From: Leyella stercorea
GTDB lineage: Bacteria > Bacteroidota > Bacteroidia > Bacteroidales > Paludibacteraceae
Direction of reading: 5' to 3'
NCBI GenBank assembly: GCA_963658575.1
Contig: CAVKQB010000005.1
Coordinates: 179 to 64,178, forward strand
Length of the DNA stretch: 64,000 nt
Below are positions 9,183 to 18,423 of the stretch, in pieces; within the stretch, counting starts at the first letter, position 1; each line of letters starts with the position of its first letter. The notes beneath the pieces are model-generated. The model was not told the origin of the DNA. It did not search any database and saw only the letters and a list, made by a program, of their open reading frames with translations. A program made the position numbers and the translations under genes.

Positions 9183-10766
9183 ATGAACATCACACTATTT
9201 ATTATCATCGCCGTAGCGGCACTTGCTGGCGGCGGCGCACTCGGCTGGCTCATCACGCACATCAGCGTGAAAGGACGCGTGCAAAAAACACTGAAACAGG
9301 CCGAAAAAGATGCCGAAGAGTTGAAGCGCAACAAGATGCTCGAAGCCAAAGAAAAATTCCTGAACCTGAAATCGGACTTCGAAAAAGAGGTGGCCGACCG
9401 CAACGCCAAAGTGCAAGAGATGGAAAACCGCGCCAAACAGGCCGAATCGCGCATACAACAACGCGAACAAAGCCTGAACCAACGCCAAAACGAGCTGAAT
9501 CAACGCCAAGGCGAACTGCAACGGCGCAACAACGAAATCGACGCCATCAAAGAGAACCTCGACAAGCAACTGCAACTCGTCGACGAGAAAAAACAGGAAC
9601 TCGAACGGCTGCACTTCCAAGCCACCGAAAAACTGTCGGCCATATCGGGACTTTCGGTCGAACAGGCCAAAGCGCAACTCGTCGAAAACATCAAAGACGA
9701 AGCCAAAACCGATGCCATGGCATACGTGAACGAAATGATGGAAGAGGCCAAAATGACGGCCAACAAAGAGGCTAAACGCATCATCATACAAACGATACAA
9801 CGCGTAGCCACCGAAACCGCCATCGAAAACTCGGTTACCGTGTTCCACCTCGAATCGGACGAAGTGAAAGGCCGCATTATCGGCCGCGAAGGGCGCAACA
9901 TACGCGCACTCGAAGCCGCCACTGGCGTGGAAATCATCGTCGACGACACACCCGATGCCATCGTACTTTCGGGCTTCGACCCCGTGCGCCGCGAGATAGC
10001 ACGCTTGGCTCTGCACCAATTGGTTCAAGACGGACGCATACACCCTGCACGCATCGAAGAGGTGGTAGCCAAAACACGCAAACAGGTCGAAGAGGAGATT
10101 GCCGAAGTGGGCAAACGCACCACCATCGACCTCGGCATACACGGCCTGCACCCCGACCTTATCCGCCTAATCGGCAAGATGAAATACCGCTCGTCGTACG
10201 GACAAAACCTGCTGCAACACGCACGCGAAACCGCCAACCTCTGCGCCGTGATGGCCGCCGAACTCGGACTGAATCCGCAGAAAGCCAAACGCGCCGGCCT
10301 GCTGCACGACATAGGCAAAGTGCCCGACGACCAACCCGAACTGCCACACGCCATCTTGGGCATGAACTTGGCCGAAAAGTACAAGGAGAAACCCGACATC
10401 TGCAACGCCATCGGCGCACACCACGACGAGGTGGAGATGACCTCGCTCATCGCGCCCATCGTGCAAATATGCGATGCCATATCGGGCGCACGCCCTGGCG
10501 CACGCCGCGAGATAGTGGAGGCCTACATCAAACGCTTGAACGACCTCGAAAAACTTGCGCTCTCCTACCCCGGCGTGGTGAAAACCTATGCCATACAAGC
10601 CGGCCGCGAACTGCGCGTCATCGTGGGTGCCGACCGCGTGGACGACAAAGCCGTGGAGACACTCTCGTACGACATCGCCAAGAAGATTCAGGACGAGATG
10701 ACCTACCCCGGCCAAGTGAAAATCACCGTGATACGCGAAACACGCGCCGTAAGTTACGCCAAATAA
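9183..10766 (+). CDS. rny: ribonuclease Y
   Basis: 527 aa with an N-terminal TM helix, a long coiled coil, a KH domain ([19 protein letters not shown]) and an HD domain (LLHDIGK...GAHHDE). Confidence 0.95.
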   Translation: MNITLFIIIAVAALAGGGALGWLITHISVKGRVQKTLKQAEKDAEELKRNKMLEAKEKFLNLKSDFEKEVADRNAKVQEMENRAKQAESRIQQREQSLNQRQNELNQRQGELQRRNNEIDAIKENLDKQLQLVDEKKQELERLHFQATEKLSAISGLSVEQAKAQLVENIKDEAKTDAMAYVNEMMEEAKMTANKEAKRIIIQTIQRVATETAIENSVTVFHLESDEVKGRIIGREGRNIRALEAATGVEIIVDDTPDAIVLSGFDPVRREIARLALHQLVQDGRIHPARIEEVVAKTRKQVEEEIAEVGKRTTIDLGIHGLHPDLIRLIGKMKYRSSYGQNLLQHARETANLCAVMAAELGLNPQKAKRAGLLHDIGKVPDDQPELPHAILGMNLAEKYKEKPDICNAIGAHHDEVEMTSLIAPIVQICDAISGARPGARREIVEAYIKRLNDLEKLALSYPGVVKTYAIQAGRELRVIVGADRVDDKAVETLSYDIAKKIQDEMTYPGQVKITVIRETRAVSYAK

Positions 10767-10787
10767 AAACGCTGACAAAAAAACGGA

Positions 10788-10819
10788 ATCGGGCTGCAAA
10801 CATTGCAGCCCGATTTTTT
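10788..10819 (+). terminator. rho-independent terminator after rny (possibly bidirectional)
   Basis: Perfect 12-bp stem ATCGGGCTGCAA / TTGCAGCCCGAT with a 3-nt loop, followed by TTTTT. An A-run upstream means it could also stop the convergent dnd operon. Confidence 0.8.
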
Positions 10820-10842
10820 CACGCGCATCTTCGCGCATCGTT

Positions 10843-12426
10843 TTATTGCCATTGACCTTTCTGCCAATATTGATTTACACAAAACAATTCTCCTTTGGGA
10901 AACTCCTTAATATTGGATATTGCTTGTCCTTTCTGTATTTTTTCCAAACTACGATAAGCCTTGGCACCATCTTTATCCGTCAGCCCCAAGAATCTATTTA
11001 TTGGCCTCACATTATTTTTATCCTTTATATCAAGCAAAAAAGCAATTTCGCACATTGATGAAAAGTCGAACCCTTTTTGATTATATTCCTCTATACCTTG
11101 GGACAACAACACAATGGAAACCCCTTTTGAACGTATCTCACGCAGCATTTTTTCCAATATTTCCTCATATCTCTTTTCCTTGAACAATACATGCGCCTCA
11201 TCAATCAATATCACATAGCGCAATGCCTTGATATTGTCTTCAGTAGGAGTATTATCCATATTCATAAACACATTGTACATATAGTTGATAATCAAAAATA
11301 AAGACGTGAAGCGCACAGGGATGGGAAGATCGCCCGACAAAGAAAGATACAAATTTTTATTCAGAAAGTTCGATTCGTTTTTTTTGTCGTCTACAAAAAT
11401 TTTATAACGGCTCAAGTCATCCATTATTTCGGTCAGGCTATCCTGCTTGTCATATATTTCCAATAACCTTTCGTTAATTTGCGAAATTGTAGGATAAACG
11501 CCGCCACGCGCTTCCATAAAAGCGGCAGCAGTAGCATCCCGAAGCCTTCCCTTTTGTTTTGGCCCCAAATTCAGCGAACATTTGCAGACAATATCCACAA
11601 ATTTGTCGATGCCCATATTTTTGTTTTGCTCATTCACATTATCAATGAAAGTGAGTGGATTTATCGGAAACGGCGTATTAGGTACATCAATAAACTCGGT
11701 TTTCGTGTCATTGAAAAATTTTTCATAGGTCATCACATCATCCTGCTTCAACCCCTTAAAATCCAAATAAATATAGTTTACATGCCCATTCGACTTCTCA
11801 TAGATTTGCGAAATAACGTCTTTGGCGAATTCAGTTTTTCCAGTTCCCGAATTTCCGGCGACAGCAATATGGCAATTATTATATAGCGTACTGTCATTCA
11901 TGCTTAAATAAACAGGGGCGTTGTTTCCAATGGTTCGACCAACCTCCAATTTGATAAGGTTTGAAAAATAGGCTTTTTTAACATTTTGATTGTTGTTTCT
12001 CACATGGCCATTCGGAACATCCACATCAACCAAATGTTGGATACCCTTTTCTATATACTCGTTCAAGAAATCAAAGAAAGTATATTCGTTGCTTTCGAAA
12101 ATTTTATCCAACAATGACAAACCATCGTCAATGTGCATTTTAATGTATTTCGGGATGCTGTCGTCCGTTTTGTAAACGCCATAATATTGACATATCAATG
12201 CGATATAAAAATCTCGATATTGTGGGTCAAATAATATATGTTCCTTGTATTCCTTGCCCTTGGAATCCGCCGCATCATTGACATTGAACTTTTTCCCCTG
12301 TTGCAAAGAATAGGCCAACGCTATGCGGGCGATCACATTCTCTGCTATATTTTCTCCCAATTTTGGAGTAAGGCGACGGATTATTTCCTGACTCGCTTCT
12401 GACGTTTTGATGTTAATTTGCGCCAT
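10843..12426 (-). CDS. DndE-like N-terminal domain fused to a HerA/FtsK/VirB4-type P-loop ATPase
   Basis: 527 aa. The N-terminal ~110 aa (KTSEASQEIIRRLTPKLGENIAENVIARIALAYSLQ) resemble DndE. Walker A is AVAGNSGTGKTEF. Walker B/DEAH-like is VILIDEAHVLF, followed by RSKGVSIVLLSQG. It overlaps the dndD stop by 14 nt. Confidence 0.65.
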   Translation of the reverse strand: MAQINIKTSEASQEIIRRLTPKLGENIAENVIARIALAYSLQQGKKFNVNDAADSKGKEYKEHILFDPQYRDFYIALICQYYGVYKTDDSIPKYIKMHIDDGLSLLDKIFESNEYTFFDFLNEYIEKGIQHLVDVDVPNGHVRNNNQNVKKAYFSNLIKLEVGRTIGNNAPVYLSMNDSTLYNNCHIAVAGNSGTGKTEFAKDVISQIYEKSNGHVNYIYLDFKGLKQDDVMTYEKFFNDTKTEFIDVPNTPFPINPLTFIDNVNEQNKNMGIDKFVDIVCKCSLNLGPKQKGRLRDATAAAFMEARGGVYPTISQINERLLEIYDKQDSLTEIMDDLSRYKIFVDDKKNESNFLNKNLYLSLSGDLPIPVRFTSLFLIINYMYNVFMNMDNTPTEDNIKALRYVILIDEAHVLFKEKRYEEILEKMLREIRSKGVSIVLLSQGIEEYNQKGFDFSSMCEIAFLLDIKDKNNVRPINRFLGLTDKDGAKAYRSLEKIQKGQAISNIKEFPKGELFCVNQYWQKGQWQ

Positions 12427-14527
12427 GACTAATTTGATTGTATGTTGTGAATAAATTTGACGGTTCCGTTTCCATAAATTCAGAACTATCTGTTGTTGTA
12501 TTGTTAATTAAAAATGCCCGACAAACCTTTGGTTGGAGCAACCGATATTCTTCTTCCGTTAATTCCTTATATAATAATGGCAAAATGACCACTTGTTTGG
12601 CAACGTTAGGATAGAAATGCCTAATGATATTCTCTGCATGTTGTTTGTCAAACTTCTGCATAGGAGAGTCAATAAATACAGGAAAATCTATTTCAGATTC
12701 GGACACCAACGAATTTAACAAAGCCGAGGCATATAGTTGCCTTTCGCCCATAGATAAACCACTTTTGTTTATTTCTTCATCATTTGCTCCATACAAAACA
12801 ATATCGATGTCTTCGCTTGACATTATATCTACATCTATGCGTTGAACAAAATCCTTCTTATGCAATAATTGCGTAAGGGATTCTAACATTTTTGCCTGCA
12901 GCGACTCTTTCTTTTGATTCTTGAACTTCGTAATAAACTCGGCAAGTATATCAATAAGTTCTTTCGTTTTTTGTGCCTTTTCCGAATATTGCGTCGAATC
13001 GTCGATTTTTTTACGAATGGCCGTTTGCTCTTGACGAAGTTTCTTCAAATTTTCTTTCAATTCGTCGATTTTTCGATTTAGACTTCCTATTTTCTCTGCC
13101 TCTTCTCTAATTAAGCCATCAAAACTATCTTTTTGATCTCTCAAATCCTTTATACGGCCATCTTGTGCATTCCGCTCGGCATCGCGGATTTTGCGGCTGA
13201 TGACTGCAAGTTGGTTTCTTATGCCCATATATTCCGTATTAAGTTTTTCAAATCTGTATTTGAAGTCATTTTTAATTGACGATACAAGTTGATTGAAGTC
13301 ATGGATTTGATTTTCAGAAAAGTCGTGCAAAACTTTCAAATTTTCATCTATTTCTATGGCATCTGAGAAATATTTGATGATTGCCTCTCTAATTTGTTCG
13401 CGATAGAAATCGGCGACCTTAACATCTACCGTAAAGTTTCGGCGGCATCTTTCGTCGTCAATATCTTGTCTGATTCTGTCAATCTTTTCCCCTATATCCT
13501 CTTGTTTGAATTTTTGTTCGGACAAAATTCGCTCATTTTCAAGTTGTTCCGTGACATTCGCCAAGATTTCACCCGTCAAAGCAAACGGGATGTAATTAAA
13601 GCTTTCTTTTAATGCATTTTGTATATCCTTCTTTTGCTGTTCCAATTTGTTCTTTTCATCATTAAGTTGGCGCAATTCTTCTACACTCATTTTATCTCCA
13701 GCCCTTACAAGCCTTATTGAAAGTTCGTCCGAAATGTGCCTGTGCCGAGAAATTTGTTCATCTAATTTTTCAATTTCTTGGTCGGTTTCCTGAATTTCCA
13801 ATTCCGTATTTTTAATATCGGTTTCTAACTGGTTAAGTTGTCGTTTGTCATTTGTTTGCGCCGATTTCTTACGATATTCATCCTGTTTTTCCTCAAGATT
13901 ATCCTTAAGTATTTCGTATTTCTGTATTCCCAACACTTCCGAATAGGCTTGGCTTAATTGTTGCCGTTGTTCTTTTTGATTGTTGTTTGCGGCCAAGGCG
14001 GTTATTTTCTCCGCATCAAAAAAGAAAAATTTAGCGATGGCAATAGGCAAAATATAATCTCGGATAAAAATCTCTTCTCCTTTTTTGTTATCTTGTGAAA
14101 GATTATCTATCAATTCTTGCGCATAACCATCCAACAACACTTCAATTTTATCAGAAGTTCCTGTTATCGTATCGTAACTGCGTTTTATGGAAACATCACA
14201 GAGAACACCCTGTATATTAACTTCTGAGAACAGAATCTTTACATAGAAGTTGTGCTCTCCTTCCGCAGCTGCCTTACGGTTCATGCAGTCTGCTATATAG
14301 CGCGTATAGTTGCCTTGTTCGGTGATTTCGTTTTTATATATAGCATCGACTTGCTCCATGTTTTTGCCATACAAACACCAAACCAGCGACATAAGGAATG
14401 TTGTTTTCCCAAAACCGTTTTGCCCACTTAAAATAACAATGTTTTTATCGTTCTCGGGCATCAACGAAATTCGATTAACGCCCTTATAAATGCGAAAGTT
14501 GTTTAGTTCTATTTCTTTGATACGCAT
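12413..14527 (-). CDS. dndD: DNA sulfur modification protein DndD (SMC/ABC-like ATPase)
   Basis: 704 aa. N-terminus MRIKEIELNNFRIYKG...ILSGQNGFGKTTFL (Walker A), a long central coiled coil, and a C-terminal ABC signature/Walker B region (LSMGERQLYA...VFIDSP). Confidence 0.85.
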   Translation of the reverse strand: MRIKEIELNNFRIYKGVNRISLMPENDKNIVILSGQNGFGKTTFLMSLVWCLYGKNMEQVDAIYKNEITEQGNYTRYIADCMNRKAAAEGEHNFYVKILFSEVNIQGVLCDVSIKRSYDTITGTSDKIEVLLDGYAQELIDNLSQDNKKGEEIFIRDYILPIAIAKFFFFDAEKITALAANNNQKEQRQQLSQAYSEVLGIQKYEILKDNLEEKQDEYRKKSAQTNDKRQLNQLETDIKNTELEIQETDQEIEKLDEQISRHRHISDELSIRLVRAGDKMSVEELRQLNDEKNKLEQQKKDIQNALKESFNYIPFALTGEILANVTEQLENERILSEQKFKQEDIGEKIDRIRQDIDDERCRRNFTVDVKVADFYREQIREAIIKYFSDAIEIDENLKVLHDFSENQIHDFNQLVSSIKNDFKYRFEKLNTEYMGIRNQLAVISRKIRDAERNAQDGRIKDLRDQKDSFDGLIREEAEKIGSLNRKIDELKENLKKLRQEQTAIRKKIDDSTQYSEKAQKTKELIDILAEFITKFKNQKKESLQAKMLESLTQLLHKKDFVQRIDVDIMSSEDIDIVLYGANDEEINKSGLSMGERQLYASALLNSLVSESEIDFPVFIDSPMQKFDKQHAENIIRHFYPNVAKQVVILPLLYKELTEEEYRLLQPKVCRAFLINNTTTDSSEFMETEPSNLFTTYNQISHGAN

Positions 14528-14544
14528 TACGTTTCCTCCCCTTA

Positions 14545-15897
14545 TTATAAGTATTTTTCTATAACCTGTTCCATCTCATCCTTTAGACCGCGTTTGCGAT
14601 TCAGAAGTGCTTTTTGTTTCTGTAATTCAAGCAGTGCTTGAATCAAGTCAAAATCTTGACCATCCGCAGGACAAACGGATTTCAACAATTCGGTTTCTTT
14701 TTGCAATTTTTCCGTTAAGTTTTTCATGTCCAATTCTTTATTATAAACATTATTGTAAATTTCCGAAACGGTTTGGTAGTTCAATAATTCTCTACCCTTT
14801 TTACTTGACATCGCCAAATCACGCCTCCAAATCACTTGAATGGCAATAAGTTCTTGATTACTTATCAACTCGACACTGGAATGCGTTTGCTGAATGGCGT
14901 ATTGAGCCATCAATAACTGTTTAAGCAATCGTTCCCGATATTCGTGCGTGTAATTTCCTTGGTTGTGTCCATCTTCTGTAACAGCCTTTTGCCCGTTACG
15001 GCGTGTCTGCATACGATTATTTGACACATTACGCTCCTCAAACATACTCTGCCGCAAATCCAATAATGGCTTTAACCATTCCTGTCCCCTTTCGACCAAA
15101 GCCGTTAATGATTTATCCTCGTTCACTACCGTACATGTCCAACAGCCAAAGCGACTTTGTCCACATGATCCATGGCTCTTGTCTGTAACCATAGTCGGAC
15201 ACTCATAATCATCTGCACTTGCATCTAAATAGATTTGGAATAATTTAGAATTATCCGCACCCCACGGCGAAGTCATTGCATTTATGATATACCAAACTTC
15301 TTCCAGCATCAAATCTTTAATCGGTGCGTAAACAAATGTATTGTAATGATGGGGATGTTTGGAAAGCCGTTTTCCTCTGATTTCGTGTTTTTTGATAGAC
15401 CTTGCCCTTGTTGCACTCTCTGCGCTCCGTGTACCAATTAAAATAATGGCCTCTCCATTGGCCGTTACTTGTTCAACAATAAAACGGGAAGTCGGTTTTA
15501 TTTTCATCTTATCGGTACACCAACGAAACGTATTGTTTGGTACGGGATAGCCTCTGCCAATAACATTAACCCAAAAACTATCATCCAAACAAGGAATAGT
15601 CATATGCACCGTTACAGGCATATTCTGCTGTACCGCCGCACCTTCAATTTTTTTCAACACATCCTTCACATATCCCTGAATAACAGGATTTTCAACAAGT
15701 GTGTCGTTACAGACGACATGTATTTCTCGTTTACGCATCTCCGAAGGGATTTCGCTTACTGCGAGCCAAACCAATTGTAACAAGGCTGTAGAATCCTTGC
15801 CTCCGCTAAACCCAACAATCCAAGGTCGCCAATTATCATCAATCAAGTATTGATCTTTTATTTCTGAAATAATATAACTTATTCGTGTCATAAGCAT
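14545..15897 (-). CDS. dndC: DNA phosphorothioation sulfurtransferase DndC (PAPS-reductase/PP-loop fold)
   Basis: 450 aa with the PP-loop IVGFSGGKDSTALLQL and a Cys-rich segment (CPTM...SCGQSRFGCWTC) typical of the DndC Fe-S site. Confidence 0.85.
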   Translation of the reverse strand: MLMTRISYIISEIKDQYLIDDNWRPWIVGFSGGKDSTALLQLVWLAVSEIPSEMRKREIHVVCNDTLVENPVIQGYVKDVLKKIEGAAVQQNMPVTVHMTIPCLDDSFWVNVIGRGYPVPNNTFRWCTDKMKIKPTSRFIVEQVTANGEAIILIGTRSAESATRARSIKKHEIRGKRLSKHPHHYNTFVYAPIKDLMLEEVWYIINAMTSPWGADNSKLFQIYLDASADDYECPTMVTDKSHGSCGQSRFGCWTCTVVNEDKSLTALVERGQEWLKPLLDLRQSMFEERNVSNNRMQTRRNGQKAVTEDGHNQGNYTHEYRERLLKQLLMAQYAIQQTHSSVELISNQELIAIQVIWRRDLAMSSKKGRELLNYQTVSEIYNNVYNKELDMKNLTEKLQKETELLKSVCPADGQDFDLIQALLELQKQKALLNRKRGLKDEMEQVIEKYL

Positions 15898-15921
15898 CTA
15901 ATTTTGATTCAAAATTTTAAC

Positions 15922-16126
15922 CAACAAAAAAGGCATTCACTATTTTGTTCGTTACTTATTTAAGAAAGAAAGGTTCCGCCAAGAACCGCCGACGATAAAT
16001 AAGTACAAAATAGTTCATGCCACAATAGCGTGAACCTTTGCATGCTTATTCTCTCGTCATAAAACTTGGCGGATTTATCTTTCTGAGAATAAGAGCGTAA
16101 AGCCCAAATTATGAATATGTTAGTTT
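15922..16126 (-). ncRNA. candidate structured 5' leader / cassette-junction element, copy A (paralog of 46019-46217)
   Basis: The reverse complement aligns colinearly with the region upstream of the Type III mod gene. This includes a 20/21-identical block GCTTTACGCTCTTATTCTCA (16103-16084) and two helices with compensatory changes. See findings. Confidence 0.45.
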
Positions 16127-16190
16127 AGTTTTTCGTTTTTTCTGCTATTCTGTTGATTTATTGTTTTACAAAAAATGCGTGCATTATCGG

Positions 16191-17012
16191 TTACTGCAAC
16201 ACCATATTATATAGTTGGCAGCCGGCAAAGGCATCAGGAGTGCAGGCGGGCGGCTCGGCGTCGGGGGCGAACAGGCCGTAGATGGTGCTTCCGCTACCCG
16301 ACATGGCGGCATACGCTGCACCGCTGTCGTACAAACGCTGCTTGATGTCGGCCAGCACAGGGTGCCGCGCAAAGACATTCGCTTCGAAATCGTTGAATAC
16401 GCCATTGCGCCATTCGGCCACGGGGCGTTGCAAGGCCTCGCGCAGCGGCACCGCCCAACGTTTGCAGGCAATGTGCGCATAGGCTTCGGCCGTAGCGACA
16501 TGCACATCGGGTTTCACCAGCCAAATGTGCCAACCTGCCAACGGAAGCGCGATATCGGAAAAGCGGTCGCCGATGCCTTCGGCAAAAACGGGTTTGTTGC
16601 GCACGAAAAATGCGCAATCGGCACCCAACTGCGCGGCGTAACGTTCGAGGCGGTCGTCCGTAAGCCCCAGACCGAACTGCGCATTGAGCAGTTTGAGCAT
16701 GAAAGCCGCATCGCTCGAGCCGCCGCCCAAGCCAGCCCCCATCGGGATTTTTTTGAGCAACGCAATGGTCGCGTTCGGCAGGTCGAAATCGCGCTGCAGC
16801 AGACGGAACGCGCGCACAACCAGATTGTCGTCGCACGCGCCAGCGACAGGCGTGCCATAGGTGCGCAACGCAAGCGCATCGGCCGGCACAACTTCGAGTG
16901 CATCGCACAAGGCGATGGGATAGAACACCGTCTCGATGTCGTGGTAACCGTCGGCACGGCGCGCCACCACGTTCAAACCCAAGTTGATTTTAGCATTCGG
17001 AAAAACGACCAT
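16191..17012 (-). CDS. ispE: 4-(cytidine 5'-diphospho)-2-C-methyl-D-erythritol kinase
   Basis: 273 aa. The N-terminus FPNAKINLGLNVVARRADGYHDIETVF and the GHMP kinase motif PMGAGLGGGSSDAA match IspE. Confidence 0.92.
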   Translation of the reverse strand: MVVFPNAKINLGLNVVARRADGYHDIETVFYPIALCDALEVVPADALALRTYGTPVAGACDDNLVVRAFRLLQRDFDLPNATIALLKKIPMGAGLGGGSSDAAFMLKLLNAQFGLGLTDDRLERYAAQLGADCAFFVRNKPVFAEGIGDRFSDIALPLAGWHIWLVKPDVHVATAEAYAHIACKRWAVPLREALQRPVAEWRNGVFNDFEANVFARHPVLADIKQRLYDSGAAYAAMSGSGSTIYGLFAPDAEPPACTPDAFAGCQLYNMVLQ

Positions 17013-17137
17013 CGTTCCGCCACATTACATGTGCAAAGATAGTGTTTTTGTTGATAACTTCCGCCCATTTTATCGCAAAAAATTCGCAGATAAAGTGTAA
17101 TTTTGTGGTTTCGGACACCAACCGTCCGCCCAAAGAG

Positions 17138-18286
17138 ATGGATTTTCAGCAACTATTTTTGCAAACCACGCCCGTAGAATGGATTTTGATAGCGTTGCTT
17201 TTCGCGATTTTTTGCGTGCAATTGTTCATCTACGTCCACTACTACACGGGCATCGTCAGGCACAACCGAGAGGAACGCCCCACTGCCCACACACAGCCGC
17301 CCGTGTCGGTGATTATCTGCGCACGCGACGAGACAGAAAATCTGGAACAGTTTCTGCCGCTGATTTTGGAGCAGGACTATCCCGACTACGAAGTGATAGT
17401 GGTGAACGACGGCGAATCGGAAGCCACCGAGATGCTGCTCGCGCAGTTGGAGCACACCTATCCGCACCTGCGCCACACCTACACGCCCGAACAGACCGAC
17501 ATCATCTCGCGCAAAAAATTGGGACTGACCATCGGCATCAAAGCCGCTCGAAACGAGATTTTGCTCTTCACCGATGCCGATTGCCGCCCCGTCTCATCGC
17601 GCTGGATAGCCGCGATGACCGCTCGCTTCGACGACAGCACCGAATTTGTGTTGGGCTACGGCGGCTACATACCCGAAAACACGCTCTTGAGCCGCCTCAT
17701 CTCGTACGACACGATGACCATCGCCATGCAATACCTCGGTTTCGCCTACCGCGGCAAACCCTACATGGGCGTAGGGCGCAACTTGGCCTACCGGCGCAGT
17801 TCGTTTTTCGAGCATAAAGGCTTTGCTGGACTGCTCCACATCGCCTCGGGCGACGACGACCTGCTGATAAACAAATTCGCCAACGGCGCGAACACACGCT
17901 TTGTCGCCACAGCCGAAAGCATCACGCAATCCACGCCCAAACCGACATTCGTGCAGTGGTGCCGACAAAAAGCGCGCCACCTGACCGCCGCACCGCTCTA
18001 CAGTCCCGAAAGCCAACGCATGGTAGCACTCGAGCCCACCACACGCGGCCTGTTCTACGCTTTGGCAGTGGCTATATGCTGCATTGGAGGCTGGCTGACC
18101 ATCGGTTGCGCACTGGTGCTGTGTCTGTTTCGGTACATTTTTCAGGCCATCGTCATCAACACGACCGCAACGCAACTCGGCGAGCGACACTTCTACCTCA
18201 CCATTCCGCTGTTCGATATTTTTCTACCGATTATCACGCTGTTTTTGCTCATTTTCGGACGAAAAAAGGGCATAAAATGGAAATAA
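17138..18286 (+). CDS. glycosyltransferase family 2, membrane-anchored
   Basis: VSVIICARDETENLEQFLPLILEQDYPDYEVIVVNDGS-like GT2 signature, with TM helices at both ends. The start was moved to the ATG at 17138 (MDFQQLF...). Confidence 0.8.
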   Translation: MDFQQLFLQTTPVEWILIALLFAIFCVQLFIYVHYYTGIVRHNREERPTAHTQPPVSVIICARDETENLEQFLPLILEQDYPDYEVIVVNDGESEATEMLLAQLEHTYPHLRHTYTPEQTDIISRKKLGLTIGIKAARNEILLFTDADCRPVSSRWIAAMTARFDDSTEFVLGYGGYIPENTLLSRLISYDTMTIAMQYLGFAYRGKPYMGVGRNLAYRRSSFFEHKGFAGLLHIASGDDDLLINKFANGANTRFVATAESITQSTPKPTFVQWCRQKARHLTAAPLYSPESQRMVALEPTTRGLFYALAVAICCIGGWLTIGCALVLCLFRYIFQAIVINTTATQLGERHFYLTIPLFDIFLPIITLFLLIFGRKKGIKWK

Positions 18287-18423
18287 GCACGGCAAAAAAC
18301 GCACAAACAGCCACATTTTCGCTTTTTTATTTGGAACATTCGAGAAAAAGTTACTACATTTGTAAAAATTTTCTCATGCGGAGTTCGTGTGCACACACGT
18401 CCGCGTAACTTTTTGGAACAACT

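Noticed and set aside
16021-16045. Promoter inside the leader that could be switched by inversion (inverton model)
   Set aside because: The best -7-like match between the inverted arms of copy A is AACCTTTG on the plus strand, which is imperfect. The corresponding position in copy B (AACCTTCG) loses the TTTG. The inverted arms also differ completely between copies, which is unusual for sites recognised by one recombinase. This is kept only as an alternative to be tested with read data.
10820-16195. Direct repeats (att sites) or a recombinase that would define the dnd island as a mobile element
   Set aside because: Comparing the two junctions (TTCGCGCATCGTTTTATTGCC vs ATGCGTGCATTATCGGTTACTGC) gives only weak similarity. 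No integrase, transposase or tRNA gene is present. Horizontal origin is supported by composition only, so no mobile_element feature was called.
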